NCBI RefSeq assembly: GCF_963506605.1
Contig: NC_083283.1
Span: 33,604,001 to 33,668,000, forward strand
Origin: Zootoca vivipara
Lineage: Eukaryota
Reading direction: 5' to 3'
DNA length: 64,000 bases
The notes below the pieces were generated by a model that searched no databases, was not told where the DNA came from, and saw nothing but the letters and a program-made list of their open reading frames with translations. Below are positions 27,961 through 41,049 of this stretch, piece after piece. Every line of letters starts with the position of its first letter. Position 1 is the first letter of the stretch. Position numbers and translations under genes: made by a program.

Positions 27961-28250
27961 GTCTAGCACATTTTGGTTAAATAGGCTAGACTCAGTGACT
28001 GACCCAAGCTCACTCTGCAAACTTCATGACTGATCAGGGATATAAACACAAATCTTCACAGTCATAGTCCAACATCCATGAAATACTAATAAAATGGGTG
28101 TTGTGCTATGTATTTCTGCTTTTTTGGAAATATTAGTACAGCTTACTGTATTTTTATTCTCTTAGGAGCCATAGATATGGACTTCTTTAGGGTGTGACTA
28201 TGGGGTTTGACACACGAGCTCCTGTACTTCAAATTGTAACATGTCCAGTG

Positions 28251-28341
28251 CATAGCTGCCAAGTTTTCCCTTTTCTCACGAGGAAGCCTATTCAGCATAA
28301 GGGAATTTCCCTTAAAAAAAGGGGATAACTTGGCAGCTATG
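28251..28341. mobile_element. 91-bp hAT MITE
   Basis: Perfect TIR CATAGCTGCCAAGTT, perfect TSD GTCCAGTG. Confidence 0.9.
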
Positions 28342-30186
28342 GTCCAGTGGTATGCACATCATATATAGGTATTAGCAGGGAAGCCCAAGTAATCAAGGCA
28401 GTTTCATATGAATAAAGATGAGCTAATTTGGGACATGCACTATGTAAAATAATGTATAAGAATAGTTTTGGATCATAATGGAGAGGAAGTGCATGAACCC
28501 TTTGAGAGGAAATTATATTGTTTTAGAAACCTTCATTTTTACTGAAGTCTACATTCAACTCCTATGTAATTCATCTATCATTTCCTGTAAATTTCTCTGT
28601 TTTTTTAGACTCAGTTACCTTAGCACTTATGTATAACAGCAATGGCATTACTATTAAAAAGGAAATTAATATATGCATTGCATGCAGTCTTTTGTGATTA
28701 TAACCATCTGCATTTCCCCCAGTTGTTGAAAGTAACAGTCATTCATTTGATGTATCACTTGAATTTGGATTTAAACAAATACATTTAAACTAATGCAGTT
28801 TTACTGCTTGTTGTGAAAGAAAGATGTTTGCTGGATGCTAGTGTTTTGCTGTGTTCTATAAGAAAAACAGGAATGGGAAGGAAATGTTTACAATGTGGTG
28901 CCCTCTTGAAAACACTGTGTCCACTGAATTATCCTAACAAATGTTGTTTTTCAATAGATATTAAGAGCTAAATATTTTATTTATTAAAAGTAATGTGTGT
29001 TTATGTAAAGTAAACATTGTGACATTTACCTCTATTGGTGTATGTGCCCATTTCCTCTTACGCAAAGACTGAGAGAGACCAGATCGCAAGAGCTATGCAT
29101 AAAAATCAGTCCATCTGAGATTAAACAGAGCGAGGGCACCACTCTGGGAAAGTAGATATAGGGAGAAGATAATTGGTTTCTATGTTACTCTTGTAGATAA
29201 AATGGGTGCAATGACAACATTATACACATGGGCCAGGTGCAAGAAAAAAAAATATGGGTTTTCCTTTTTTATATCTCATTCTTCAGCCTGGGGAGGAATC
29301 ATGTATTGTTTCTGTTCTACTTTTATCTATATATATAAAAATGTAAAAATCGTGAAATTCCGTTCGACACTTTTCTCCGTAACCGCTTGACCAATCGTCC
29401 TGAAATTTTGACACAACGATCCAGGCCACTCCTAAAGCGTTGTTGGGGGCAAAAATCCCTCAAATCGCACACCTGCCCAGGTACAGACCTGCTTTTCCAC
29501 CAAGTCAAACAGCGCCCTCAAGTGGCGTAGTACCCTCCTCCACCCCCTCCCTTCCTGAGAAATCTAAGCCACACCCACAAACCAAATGACATCATCATCA
29601 ACCAAGCAACTGAAATACACCAAGGCAGCCATTTTATCTAGGCCTTTGTTTTAGGCCCCTGACAGGCTGACAGGCCTCCACTAGGCCCGGGGAGGGGGAT
29701 AACCCACAGCAACACACTTGGGGGCACGGCAAGGGGTTTTACTTTACCATTTAGCAACACTACCCCCCCCCAAAAAAAACCCACCAAAGAACCAACATTG
29801 CCAAGTGGAGGTCGGGGCCTGCCTGGGGGGGGGGGGTTTGCCACAGACCGCAGCACAGCCTTTGATTTATGTAGGCCCCTACACTGCAAGGGGTTTTTAC
29901 TTCACAATTTACCACCACTACCCCCCAAAAATCCACAAGAGAAAAATAAATATGGCTTATTTTATGGGTATGTCTTATTTTAGGAGAAACAACTGATTGT
30001 AACTGATTGTCTTTTTCTTTTTTAAAAAAAACAACCATTCACTTTCTCTCCCCAGTTTAAGTCCTCGGATATTTGCAGTGCACCCCACCCCACCCCATTT
30101 ACAATTCCCTACCTTCCCCATGCCACTTCCTGGGGTTTTTTATGGAACTGAACAACTCGGGTACTTCAAAACGCACCTTCTGTTGC

Positions 30187-30368
30187 CAGGCCCTTGCAGG
30201 GCCAGACAGAGGCGCGGCCCAGGTAGATAAGATAATGTGTCCCTGTTTTTAACCCTTTTGTTACTTTTTTCATTTTACTGATTGTGAATATGCTGACCAA
30301 GGCCCGCTTTGGATTCGGAGGCCCGCGCCAAGTGGCCCATATGATCCCCCTCCTTCTGTCTGGGCCTG
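30187..30368. mobile_element. hAT MITE nested in the Helitron
   Basis: CAGGCCC...GGGCCTG; TSD TCTGTTGC/TCTGCTGC; empty site visible in the homologous segment at 15233-15240. Confidence 0.8.
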
Positions 30369-30513
30369 TCTGCTGCTACAGGGCTGTGGGGCTTCGCTAT
30401 TTGCCCCCCCTCCCCGGGTTGGGATTCTTTAAGTAGTTCTCTGGGTCCCAGGGCACATCATCACCCCCGATCCTTAATCTAAACATATAGAAATGTTCAC
30501 GATGCGTGTGCAG

Positions 30514-30800
30514 GGGCCAATGTATGGAGATACAGGGGGGAGGGGGCAACAGAGGGCTCAGACAAAAGTAAATACTGGGAAATGGAACCCAGAAACTGAC
30601 AGCTCCTTCTCCAAGGATGGGGGCCAATGTAGGAAGATACCAGGGGTAGGGGCCAACACTCCCCAGGAACAACAGAGGGTTCAGACAAAAGTGCATGCTG
30701 GGAAATAGAACCCAGAACCTAACAGTTCCTTTTCGAGGGTGGGGGCCAAGGTATGGAGATACAGGGGGGAGGGGCCAACACTCCCCAGGGACAACAGAGG
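30514..30800. repeat. Minisatellite, about 2.5 copies of a 105-120 bp unit, inside the Helitron
   Basis: Recurring GGGGCCAA.GTA.G.AGATAC...CAACAGAGGG.TCAGACAAAAGT...GGGAAAT.GAACCCAGAA. Confidence 0.85.
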
Positions 30801-33800
30801 GAAGGGTATCCTACGGAAACACAGGGATGAGCCGGGGTGGAGGGAGGAGGGGCAGGATACGTCATGGATCGTGACAGGGTGGGGGGGGATCATAGGAAAG
30901 AACCACAGCAACGCGTGGCCGGGTCAGCTAGTAATTAAATATAAATTGGGACAAGTCCAGATCACAGACATGGAGTGCTGCCTGCCTCTCCATACTAGGA
31001 GTAAGAAAATGTGGTAGTTGACTTTCTCAAAGCCCTGTATGCCAGCATCTCCTACTCCACATCATCATGTTATCTGTATCATGTTATCTGCATCAGGTGA
31101 TTTTGGGCTGCAATCTTCTTTACACTTACCTGACTACAGACCCACTGAAAACAGGACTTACTTCTGAGTAAATATGCATAGAAGTCTGTATTATATATTT
31201 AGTTTTGTTTAACTTATTTAAGATCTATTATATCTGTAAAACACAAAAACTGAAAAATATTGTGAATGAAAACTGCTACTGGTAACCTTGAGACCTTGGA
31301 ATAAACCAGTCTCTCCAAATGAACACATAAATAATTGCATCTCAAGAGACCAAGCATTACTGAGAATACTACCTTTTGCTTATTATTCTGAGATAGAAAT
31401 AATTATAAACCAAGTAAAAGGGGTTAAGGTTAAGCCTTTTTAAATACAAATTTTAGTGTTACAGGTTTAAAAAGTATTTAACACCCTCAATGGAACTTAA
31501 AAGTGTTCAATTTTTGTTAGATTGTGCCTTTTTTGGCAGCAAACTAGTTTATAGTGGCATGAATTTTTTTTATAAGCAAAAGCAGTTATTATCACAAAGT
31601 AAGGTTGTATGGATAGTGGGGCTGATTTGAAGCTGATCTGAGCTTAGTGTTTATTACCTGCGTTTTCTGCACTGAGTTGGGCCAAATTATAGAGAAGTAG
31701 CTTTGGGTCCTTTTCATATACATTGCTGGGAAAGCCTGGTTGTAGTGCAGCCTTCTACAATGCTAGTTTAGATTTTGCAATCCTGCAGCAGCCACTCAAC
31801 TCAGCAACCGTGCAAAACTGATTGGAGTAACAGGCAGTCAGGGCGCCATTAGTGGCTAGTGTTGGATAGGTTCCAATCCATCTTAAGCACTGAAGCTTCC
31901 TGGATGAGCTTGGGTAAACTTTCAGCCAGAAATGGTAGGAGGGAGGTCCTGTGCCTAGAAAGAAAAGCATTGAGCCCATCTTCCAAGGCCATTTGTTTGT
32001 GATGAAGTTTTGAACTGATCTCTGCAGCTCCTGTGAGCATAAAAATCCATGCACAGAGGTAGCAAAGCAATTCTAACTTGGCTTTATCTCTCTGCCCTCA
32101 CAATACAACAGTCTTTGCATGGCCAGGTGCCTCACAAGAGCTAGAAGTAGCATTGTCAAAGGCATCTGCTATCAGAAGTAGCTCAAGGTTTGAGAATGTG
32201 CTGGGTAAGGTCACTTTGGGTGTGTCCTCTGAAACTTACCTGGCAGCAGCAAGCAAGAGCATTCCAAGCAGCACTGGGTAACGGAAAATAGCCACTATTT
32301 TAATTTCCCACAATGTCCCCAAGTGATGCTATGTCAGGGGCATTGTGGGAAATTAATATAGCAGCTCAGCCAATATACAGCCATCCAGGGCTGCTCAGAT
32401 GAACAGTCTCTCTCTCTCTCCATACCTACATACATATTGCAGGCCCCTAAAAAGTATTGAACTTCAGCAGCTGCCCCAGAATGCCAAGTGCTGACATTGG
32501 GTCTGACTGATATAGTTGTACCTCAACAGTGAACTAACTAACTACAGTAATTAATTTACTTTATGGAGTTCCTCAAAGACAAAGTCTTTTTGTATTCTGA
32601 CACCCTGAAAATACACAGACAATATTTCAACGTTCTATGCCAGTAGATTAGAATCTTATTTCAAATCTTGATGAACAAATATTTTCTCTTAAACCTCACA
32701 TAATGTATTTTTAACTGAATTAGTAACAGAGACAGCTTTAGACACCTGCAAAAACTACAGCTACAAACAAGTCAAAGGTTTGAGGGCAAGCTAAGGCTAA
32801 AATTAAGTTTAATAATATAAAAGCCCTTTTTAAGGGGATATATTTCCCAGAACAAGAACCTTTAGGGCACAGTCAGTTTTGATTGCAAATTGAAATACAG
32901 GAATAAGTTTATATTGTAATATTTACTGTCATTTGATAAGTAGGCAAATGAAATTCCAAACTTGGAAGATTTAAAAGTTTTATAGATCCTGCCAAATGCT
33001 AGGAAGAGATGAAAATGTTGAAGTTCATCTTGGATCACTCAAAAACTCATTAGAAACAATGCAACATGTGCTCTTATAACAGCACAGAACCGAGGCCAGT
33101 GACAATTAAGCACATTTATATTTCATTAACTTAAATGAGATTTCTTCATGCAACAACTGTTTTCAGGATTGGGTCCATTATGATTATATGTCCTGAAGGC
33201 TGCATAGAGATTTGTTCCGTGGGCTGGAGGGTTTTGTAGCATGTTTTGTTTCACAAAGTAAATGCACAATTGTTACTTATTTGTTGCAGAAGATCAAGAT
33301 TTCTGTCCTCCGTATTACATTTTCCAAGCACTCAAATCTAAATGTTTTGTCACTGTGAAAATGCCATTTTCTTCTAAATAGAACAGTAATTCTGACTATG
33401 GAGAGCACAGCACAATACATGGGACAGTTGTTATGACATCAGTAGCAATAAACAACACAACCTCTCTTCCTGTTTCCAATTTATTACAGCTTAATAAACT
33501 TTAGATGAATGATTCCATTGTTAGGATCACCAGTTATCCCTCTCCAGCAGCAGCAGTGCCATACTAGTTTGTGGACATTAAAAATAACTCCCTTGTAGAC
33601 TCCTTCACCACTGGGAATAACTGCATGGTTTCCCCAAATGTTTAAAAACCAGGAAACGCCTGGTGCAGCCTGTCATCCCATCCCAAGTACCAGTACTGGT
33701 AATCCCTTTCATTACATTGGAACTGGCTATTGTCTTCCTGATGTATTGTCACTACCATTTATGCTGTCACGTATGGCATTAAAGGGGGGGATGCATTAAA

Positions 33801-34699
33801 AAAATAAATAGTGTCACCTCTCTGCCCCTGACGAATCCTAATTACACAAAGGCATTTTACTCTAGAAAAGCCTTTTTTCTTGTCCACCTTTATACTGCAG
33901 TTGCTAAGGTGGCTTGGAAGTTTTATATACTGTCCTAGCAACTGCAATACATTAACATTATACTGTACAATTTTCCTCTGATCAACAAAGTGGATGGGTT
34001 AAGAAAGAAGCAGTAGCAGCAACTGAAGAATTCCATTTTTTACTTAGGTGGTGGTATAGCCTTGTATGGAGAGTGCCATTTCACAATGCAGTTGGAAATG
34101 TCCAGTTAAAAAAACAATGTGCAGATACAGCATGGGGAAGGCTAGAACTCTTCCTTCCTTCAAATTAAGAGTTTCTGCCTGCAGTCTTAAGTGGGGCAGC
34201 TGAAGCAAAAGTTTACTTGCAAAGTTCATAACAGAGCCCTGCTAGATGTCCTCAGTGGCAAACGAGATGCTAAGGAGAAAGAAGCCCACCTCAGACTCAT
34301 TGAAATGAATGGCACTTCCAAGCAAACATGCACAGGAATGCACTTCACATCTCTCCCAAAAGGGAGTGCTCAGTTTTGGCTGGCTTAACCAATAATCTCG
34401 ACAACAGAGGAAACATTAGCTGAGGAAAATAATAATTCTAGAAGTTCCACGAGAAGAACGGCGGGTTTATTATCATTCTTCAGTACAGTAATAGTACTGG
34501 GCGGGAAAGCAGCTCCAAACCCCGAGGTTTGCGACGGGGCAGATTCAAAATGAACCCCAAAACAGTAAAAAAAGAAAGTCTACCTCTTGCAAGTATTATT
34601 ATTTTTCCCTATTGACGACGTCGTCGTCTGAACAATTTAGAAAAATGTGTATGTTCTGTAGCACACTTTATTATATATTCCCTATATCGTTAACAAAGC

Positions 34700-35500
34700 G
34701 GGGGGGGAGGATTCGGCCGTTAAATGATACGTCTCACACACACAAAATGGAATCAAGTCCCCTTTGTGAGGTAGCGACGCGAACTCAACTGCGCGCGCCG
34801 TTTCGAATGTCAGCGGCATTCAATCCGCCAGCAGAAGCCCCGACAAGAGGCAATTGCTAGGCGGCGACCGCGCGGAGCAGACACGAAATTGCGCGTGCGC
34901 AAACCCTTACCTTCTTCCTCCTCCCGGCTCTTTTCCCCCCTTCAACAGCGACTCGGGAGCGCGCTTCGCTTCGCGGGTCGTCGTAGGTGCGCTCTTGCGC
35001 CTCCCGTTGCCCGCGGAAGTGTTTGGATAGGCGACCTTCTGCCTCCATAGCAACGCGCTTTTGGCGTCTCCGTCCGTGGCGGCGAAGCCTCTTTGCCTGT
35101 GTTCACACGCGCCCTGCTGCGACCCCCTTACCTGTTGCTGGTGTTTGGCGGGAAAAGAGGTTGAGGGAAGCGCTGGGCAGAAAGACGTGGAGCTCGTGTG
35201 AGTGGGGAAGGAGACCCGTGTGCGTCGGGACGGTGAATAGCGGGGCTTCGACGGCCCGCCAGCCGCCTTCTTGAGACATATAATTTGCTATTGTAGGAGG
35301 CGCCTTAGCCCTTTCCACACTTCGTCCGAAGGGAGACGGAAGTCCTGAGGCGGAGCCCGTATCAAGTGTGGTTTGTGTGTGGCCCCGTAGAAACTGCCCC
35401 CCACCCTTTGGCGATCTTTCCCTTCCGACACTTTTATTTCCCCCAGTATGGGCTCGATCTGATAAGCGGAGAGAAAAGCGATTGGGGAGCGGGATGCAGG
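34700..35500 (+). promoter_or_regulatory. PPP1R42: CpG island: PPP1R42 promoter and non-coding exon 1 (candidate donor gtgagt at 35198)
   Basis: CpG-rich island about 2.4 kb upstream of the ATG exon; X-box-like, E2F and NRF1-like motifs. Confidence 0.75.
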
Positions 35501-36029
35501 CAGATATGCTAGTGCTTCTTTCGCCATCTCCCCACTCTTCTTTCTATATGCATGGGTGTAGCGGGGGAGGGGAGGCAACTGCCCGCAAAAGAATAAAAAT
35601 TAATACAAATACAGTATAAGGTTCTGCCCCCCCCCCAAAAGCTTCTCCCCCCCAACAAAAATCCTGGCTACGCATGGTTTCAGCAGTTTTTAATACGCCA
35701 AGACAATTCCACCTCTACCAGCACGCATAACAGTAAATTGAAGTGTCCCTGCCTGACACATCGGAGAATTGTAGAATTGGAAGGGAGTAGGGACTCCCAA
35801 AATCATCTAATCCGACCCCTGCAAAACAGGAATAGGCATTCACTTGTTCTGTGGGATTCAAGACATCTTTTCAGAAAAGGGTGTTTCTGGATATTGCCTT
35901 AATGGTCAGGCTGAATTATTTTGGAGCTGGGAAAATATGATTCTCCCCCACCCCTTCAGCTAGAAGCATTTTGTAAGGACCATCTTTCATCAGCTGAATA
36001 ACCCCTGCACAAAGGACAAACCATACATC

Positions 36030-36184
36030 CATGGGCGAAGCCAGGATTTGTTTTAGGCAGGGCAGGCTTCATGTAAGGGGGGCAGAGAACTGAGTTTACT
36101 AATTGACCAATTGTGTCGCAGGTAAGTATTTTTTATTTATTTACTTGATTTAAGGGGGCAGCTCACCCCCTGGTTACGCCCTTG
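36030..36184. mobile_element. hAT MITE; relatives near 35550-35676 and 61808-61928
   Basis: CATGGGCGAAGCCAGG...CCTGGTTACGCCCTTG imperfect TIRs; body similar to the 61.8-kb copy. Confidence 0.65.
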
Positions 36185-36461
36185 CATAATCCTCGTGCCC
36201 ATTACACATTTCGAAATTTCAAAAAGAGTTCAAATTCATTTGACCCTTAAACATAAAAAAGTGGTTGAAATTCCATCTTGCTATCAGCAATGCTCTGTCA
36301 TTTCCTGGGCCTTTTCTGCTTGTTAAGCACTGGTATTTGTACAGATCATTTTAATTTATAAGTAGTGAACAGCGGTAAATTTATTTCTTGTCCATATCAA
36401 TAGGACATCTTTCTCACAACTATTATATTGGGATTGTCCCTGGATCAAGATGAACACAATA

Positions 36462-36747
36462 CAGTGGTGCCTCGCAAGACAAATTTAATTCGTTCTGTGA
36501 GTCAATTCATTTTGCGAAAAATTCGTCTTGCGAATCCCATAGGAATGCATTGAAATTGTTTTTGTTTGTTTGTTTGCCCATAGGAACGCATTAATTGAAT
36601 TTCAATGCATTCCTATGGGAAACTGTGATTCGCTAGACGAATATTTCACAAAACGAATTCGTCTTGCGAGGCAACCTCTGATCGCAAAACCCATTCGTCT
36701 AGCAAAAAAATCGTCTAGCAGGGCATTCGTCTAGCGAGGTACCACTG
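36462..36747. mobile_element. Tc1/mariner-type MITE
   Basis: TA|CAGTGGTGCCTCGC...GCGAGGTACCACTG|TA; palindromic interior. Confidence 0.85.
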
Positions 36748-36886
36748 TACTTGTTTGTAAAAGGTCCTAGAATTCCATATTCTAGAGGCTTTTCTGGCTA
36801 AAAAGCATTCCAATTTAATGAAAGGTTTTCAGATTTAAAAAAAACCATAGTGATATGAATCTTTGTATTCATCAGATTTGCCAGTA

Positions 36887-37105
36887 CAGTGGTTTAAGAA
36901 CAGCTTAGTTTATGAACAACTTGGATTAAGAACGCTGCAAACCCAAAAGGAGGTGTTTTGGTTTGTGAACTTTGCCTTGGAAGCAGAACATATTCCGCTT
37001 CCTGTTGAGTGTGTTCCATTTGTAAATTGAGTCCCCCGCTGCTATGGGAAAACACACCTTGGTTTAAGAACGCTTTGGTTTAAGAACAGACTTCCGGAAC
37101 AGATT
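36887..37105. mobile_element. Truncated Tc1/mariner-type MITE
   Basis: TA|CAGTGGT start and interior resembling the 2465-2855 element in reverse; no right TIR seen. Confidence 0.55.
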
Positions 37106-37668
37106 ACAGGTGTAGCTTGACTGAAAAGCTTTGAATAAAATGTTGCCCCTATGAAAGATATATAGACACACACACCTGTACCTATAAGAATCCTGGATGA
37201 CAGGTGCCATCTGAGCATAAGTCTTTATCTCAAACAGAAACAAAGCTTATTCTGAAATAGTACTTATCACTATGTTTTCCTCCCTTAAAAACTAATGGTT
37301 TTATTCATATGCAATTTTATACAGATTAAAAAAATTAAAACACAATTAGCCTACTATGTCCTGCTTCTATATAAACAGAGCTAGGATGTTAGTATAATAG
37401 TCTATACAAAATTTGGGAAGACATCTATTACCATTAATCTTTCATTTATTAGGAATATGGCTAATGGCTTTGAAAATGAGAAGAAAATCACATTGTAATT
37501 AAATTATTTCATACTAACTAGAAAATAATGTTGGAGAAAGAGTATACAATGATTTTATGACTCTGAAATATACTTTATAACTTTTTGTTTTATTTTAAGG
37601 CTGTGTGACAAAAAAGAATACATGGATATTGAATTATTGGAGTAAAAAACTGACTTTACTGCAAGATT

Positions 37669-37797
37669 ATGGTTCGAATAACATTGGAGCTAATTGGTAA
37701 AAGCCTCAATCAGAAGAATCGCAGAGATGAGTCCTTGGCCCATTACTTGAGGAAAACGACTCATCTTAAGTTATCAAATAAAAATATAGATATAATT
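37669..37797 (+). CDS. PPP1R42: PPP1R42 (LRRC67/TLRR) first coding exon; exon starts at 37600
   Basis: MVRITLELIGKSLNQKNRRDESLAHYLRKTTHLKLSNKNIDII resembles human MVRLTLDLIARN...KITHINFSDKNIDAI; gtaaga donor. Confidence 0.92.
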
Positions 37798-38636
37798 GTA
37801 AGAATACACTGATTATTTGAAAATACTTCTTTTTTGTTATTTGTTTTCTGTTGTTAATAGCATTCAAAGCATTTTTATCCTTCTCTTCAGCCAAAAAGTA
37901 TGTCAGAGGTGCTTACATTAGTTCAATAAAAATAAGACTCAGCTAGCAAAAGAGTCAGGAGGGAATTTGTTAAATTATATTTTATACCATTACAATCATC
38001 AGCTTGAAATTACAGCCTAAAAGACAATAACTTAGTTAATTTAAAGCACCTTTCATTTGCATTGAAAGTTTTAAATCAGAAATATAGTTTGTTTTAAATA
38101 TATTTGAGTATAGTGGAAGTAAATGTATTGTTTTCAGAAATTTGCTTGAAATTTGGGGAGATCATAGCATCCCTATATTCTGGAATGATATACAATTCCA
38201 GTGTAACTGTGAGTTGGAAAATATGAGCCGAGATCCAAAGAACTAGTTCAGGCATTCATAAGGGTTTGGCTATGTGCAGTTAGAACTTTCCATTTTCTCC
38301 TTTGAACAGCAGACCCCTATGCCCAATAATAAAGTGCTTCCGAAAGTTTCTTCCATTTCAAAGGTAACTTGCTATGTAACATAGGGGGGAGGACAATTTC
38401 AGTGGCCCCTTAGATATTTAGAACGGTGTGATATTCTTTAGTTCCTAGCCATCATAAATGAAGATAATATCCATTCATTCTATATTTACAACTATATCTA
38501 CCAAGGATAGTAAGATCAAAATGTTGAAGGAAGCATAAAAAGCCTATGCAGTAGGAAAAGGCTGTATCTGGGAGCTGAAGCATTTTACTTATGAGTGAAC
38601 TACAGAGTAACACGCTTTCTTCATTCTTTCTCTTAG

Positions 38637-38804
<168 letters not shown>

Positions 38805-39403
38805 TAAGTGTAATATTATTATAATCAGATTTATTAATTGATGTGTACATTGATGTAAGAAATATAGCTACTGTATATACTTGCTGAATATATCCTATAT
38901 TTTATTTCAAATATGATAATTTTGTTCACATATTCCATTAATCTGAGGACACATTAGCCCAAAGTTTGGCTAGTGATTTCATTGGATGAGTTAAGCATAT
39001 GTTTGACTCGCTCCCATTGAAATCAGTTTGATTTTACAGTTTTTTCTTTGCCTGGATTATGCTTAGATTAGCAATTGATAATATCTGGAACATTTCTTTA
39101 CATTTTATTAATATTTCTATAATAAAGTAATGAATTATATAGGACAATGTTCCATCCTGCCTCTATACACTGCTTTAAATTATTTTCATTTTGTTTGGGT
39201 TGTTTCCAGGTAATTCTAAATAGTTTTGCATACTCAGATTTCTCTTCAGATTTTATAAATCTTTCACCTTCTACAAAATAGATTTGCTTGTAAAAAGCTC
39301 TGATGTTTCCATGGAGCCCTATGGAAATTGGGATTTTAGTTTAATACACTTTATTTGCCATAAAATACACTTTTTTACTTTTGGAAATGTTTGTGTTATT
39401 TAA

Positions 39404-39613
<210 letters not shown>

Positions 39614-40098
39614 TGAAAGATACTGATTGCGAAAAAATTACAAGAATTATTTTTAAATCTAATACCTGTTTGCCAAAGAGCTGCATTCCCATAGGATATG
39701 AATGCAAAAGGGTTAATTTTTATTATTATTACTGTTTATTTGTGCATCAAAATATGTGTAAAACAAAGGGTGTCCAATAGTAGTTCTAATTCTTATTGTT
39801 TTGCAGTAAGTTCTGTAATCATTTATGTTGCATTCATTTCTCATCATTTGATAGAATATGTTTGTCATTCCCATTACCAAGAACATTTAGTTGACATTGA
39901 CCATTTGCTCAGTTAGGTATGTTTAATTTAGAAGCAAAATCCTATTATAATTTTTGTAATTGTATGAAACAAACCAAGGTTACAAGAAATGTGTGTAGAT
40001 TGTTGGCTATAGAATTCTTTTTTAAAAATTTCCATTTAAAACTGAGCAAGCACAGCTTAATGAACTATGCATTATAAGCATTATATGTATTATATATA

Positions 40099-40245
40099 CA
40101 GGGCCGGCTCTAGGTATAGTCCCAGTGGCGCGGGGCGCCAGGGCGCTGGGCTGGCAGGTGGGGCACTGCACGGCAAAGGGCGGGGGTGCCGGAGCGATCT
40201 CCGCGCCTCAGCGCCAGGGCGCCCGACCTGCTCGAGACTGCCCTG
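40099..40245. mobile_element. GC-rich hAT MITE
   Basis: CAGGGC...GCCCTG TIRs, TSD TATATATA. Confidence 0.85.
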
Positions 40246-40362
40246 TATATATACCCATTTGATTCAGCAAAACCTGATCCTCTTGTATTCCTTCTCACTA
40301 CTCATTTGTCATTTGACAACTTCAAAACTGAAGCTACAAAAAAGTACAGCTCTATATTTGTA

Positions 40363-40410
40363 GTTTGTTTGTTTGTTTGTTTGTTTGTTTGTTTGTTTGT
40401 TTGTTTGTTT
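40363..40410. repeat. (GTTT)n microsatellite
   Basis: About 12 tandem units. Confidence 0.95.
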
Positions 40411-40899
40411 CCTCATAATTTTTTCATGGTCAATTTACTGTGATTTGTATTATGAAAGCACGTTAAAAGTACCCATCAGTTTCAGACTATTTAGATTGTA
40501 TTGTGTACTGATTATTAATTCCTCCAGGTCTGAGAGCTGTTCTAATCATCCAGTGAAAATCAAGTTAAGCAAAATCTCACTTCAAATTTTCTGCACATCT
40601 GATAAGATCTGACTTAGTGGGTAAGATCAGGTTTTCACAAGGAACAGCTGCAGAACAATGAGAAAGGCTCTCAGTCCCAGGGGAATTAACCAGTACACAA
40701 TACGATCAAAATATGGGTCAAGCAAAAGTGTTGATGAGCCCTAAGTGTTCGTTATGAGGTGCTGATAAAACATACAGTTGTATGGTCCAGTGCTATGCAT
40801 GTTTTACTTTAGTGAGAAGTTAGTCTCACTAAGTTTAATCAGGTTTATTCTCTAGTAACCACATATGATTTCAGCAGTTAACTTGACTTTTCTTTTTAA

Positions 40900-41049
<150 letters not shown>

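Larger units (their letters stand above)
29326..30931 (+). mobile_element. Non-autonomous Helitron (about 1.6 kb)
   Basis: 5' A|TCTATATATATAAAA; 3' hairpin CCACAGCAACGCGTGG then CTAG|T; inserted in AT with no TSD. Confidence 0.85.

Noticed and set aside
27518-28020. Cluster of 100-154 aa ORFs on both strands
   Set aside because: By-product of a GC-rich palindromic hAT element; no transposase motifs
30514-30800. Repeat array superficially like CRISPR
   Set aside because: Eukaryotic context; whole units repeat with no unique spacers; no cas genes
31755-32070. Minus-strand 73 and 99 aa ORFs as a novel protein gene
   Set aside because: No recognisable homology or consistent multi-exon frame; kept only as part of the speculative antisense transcript
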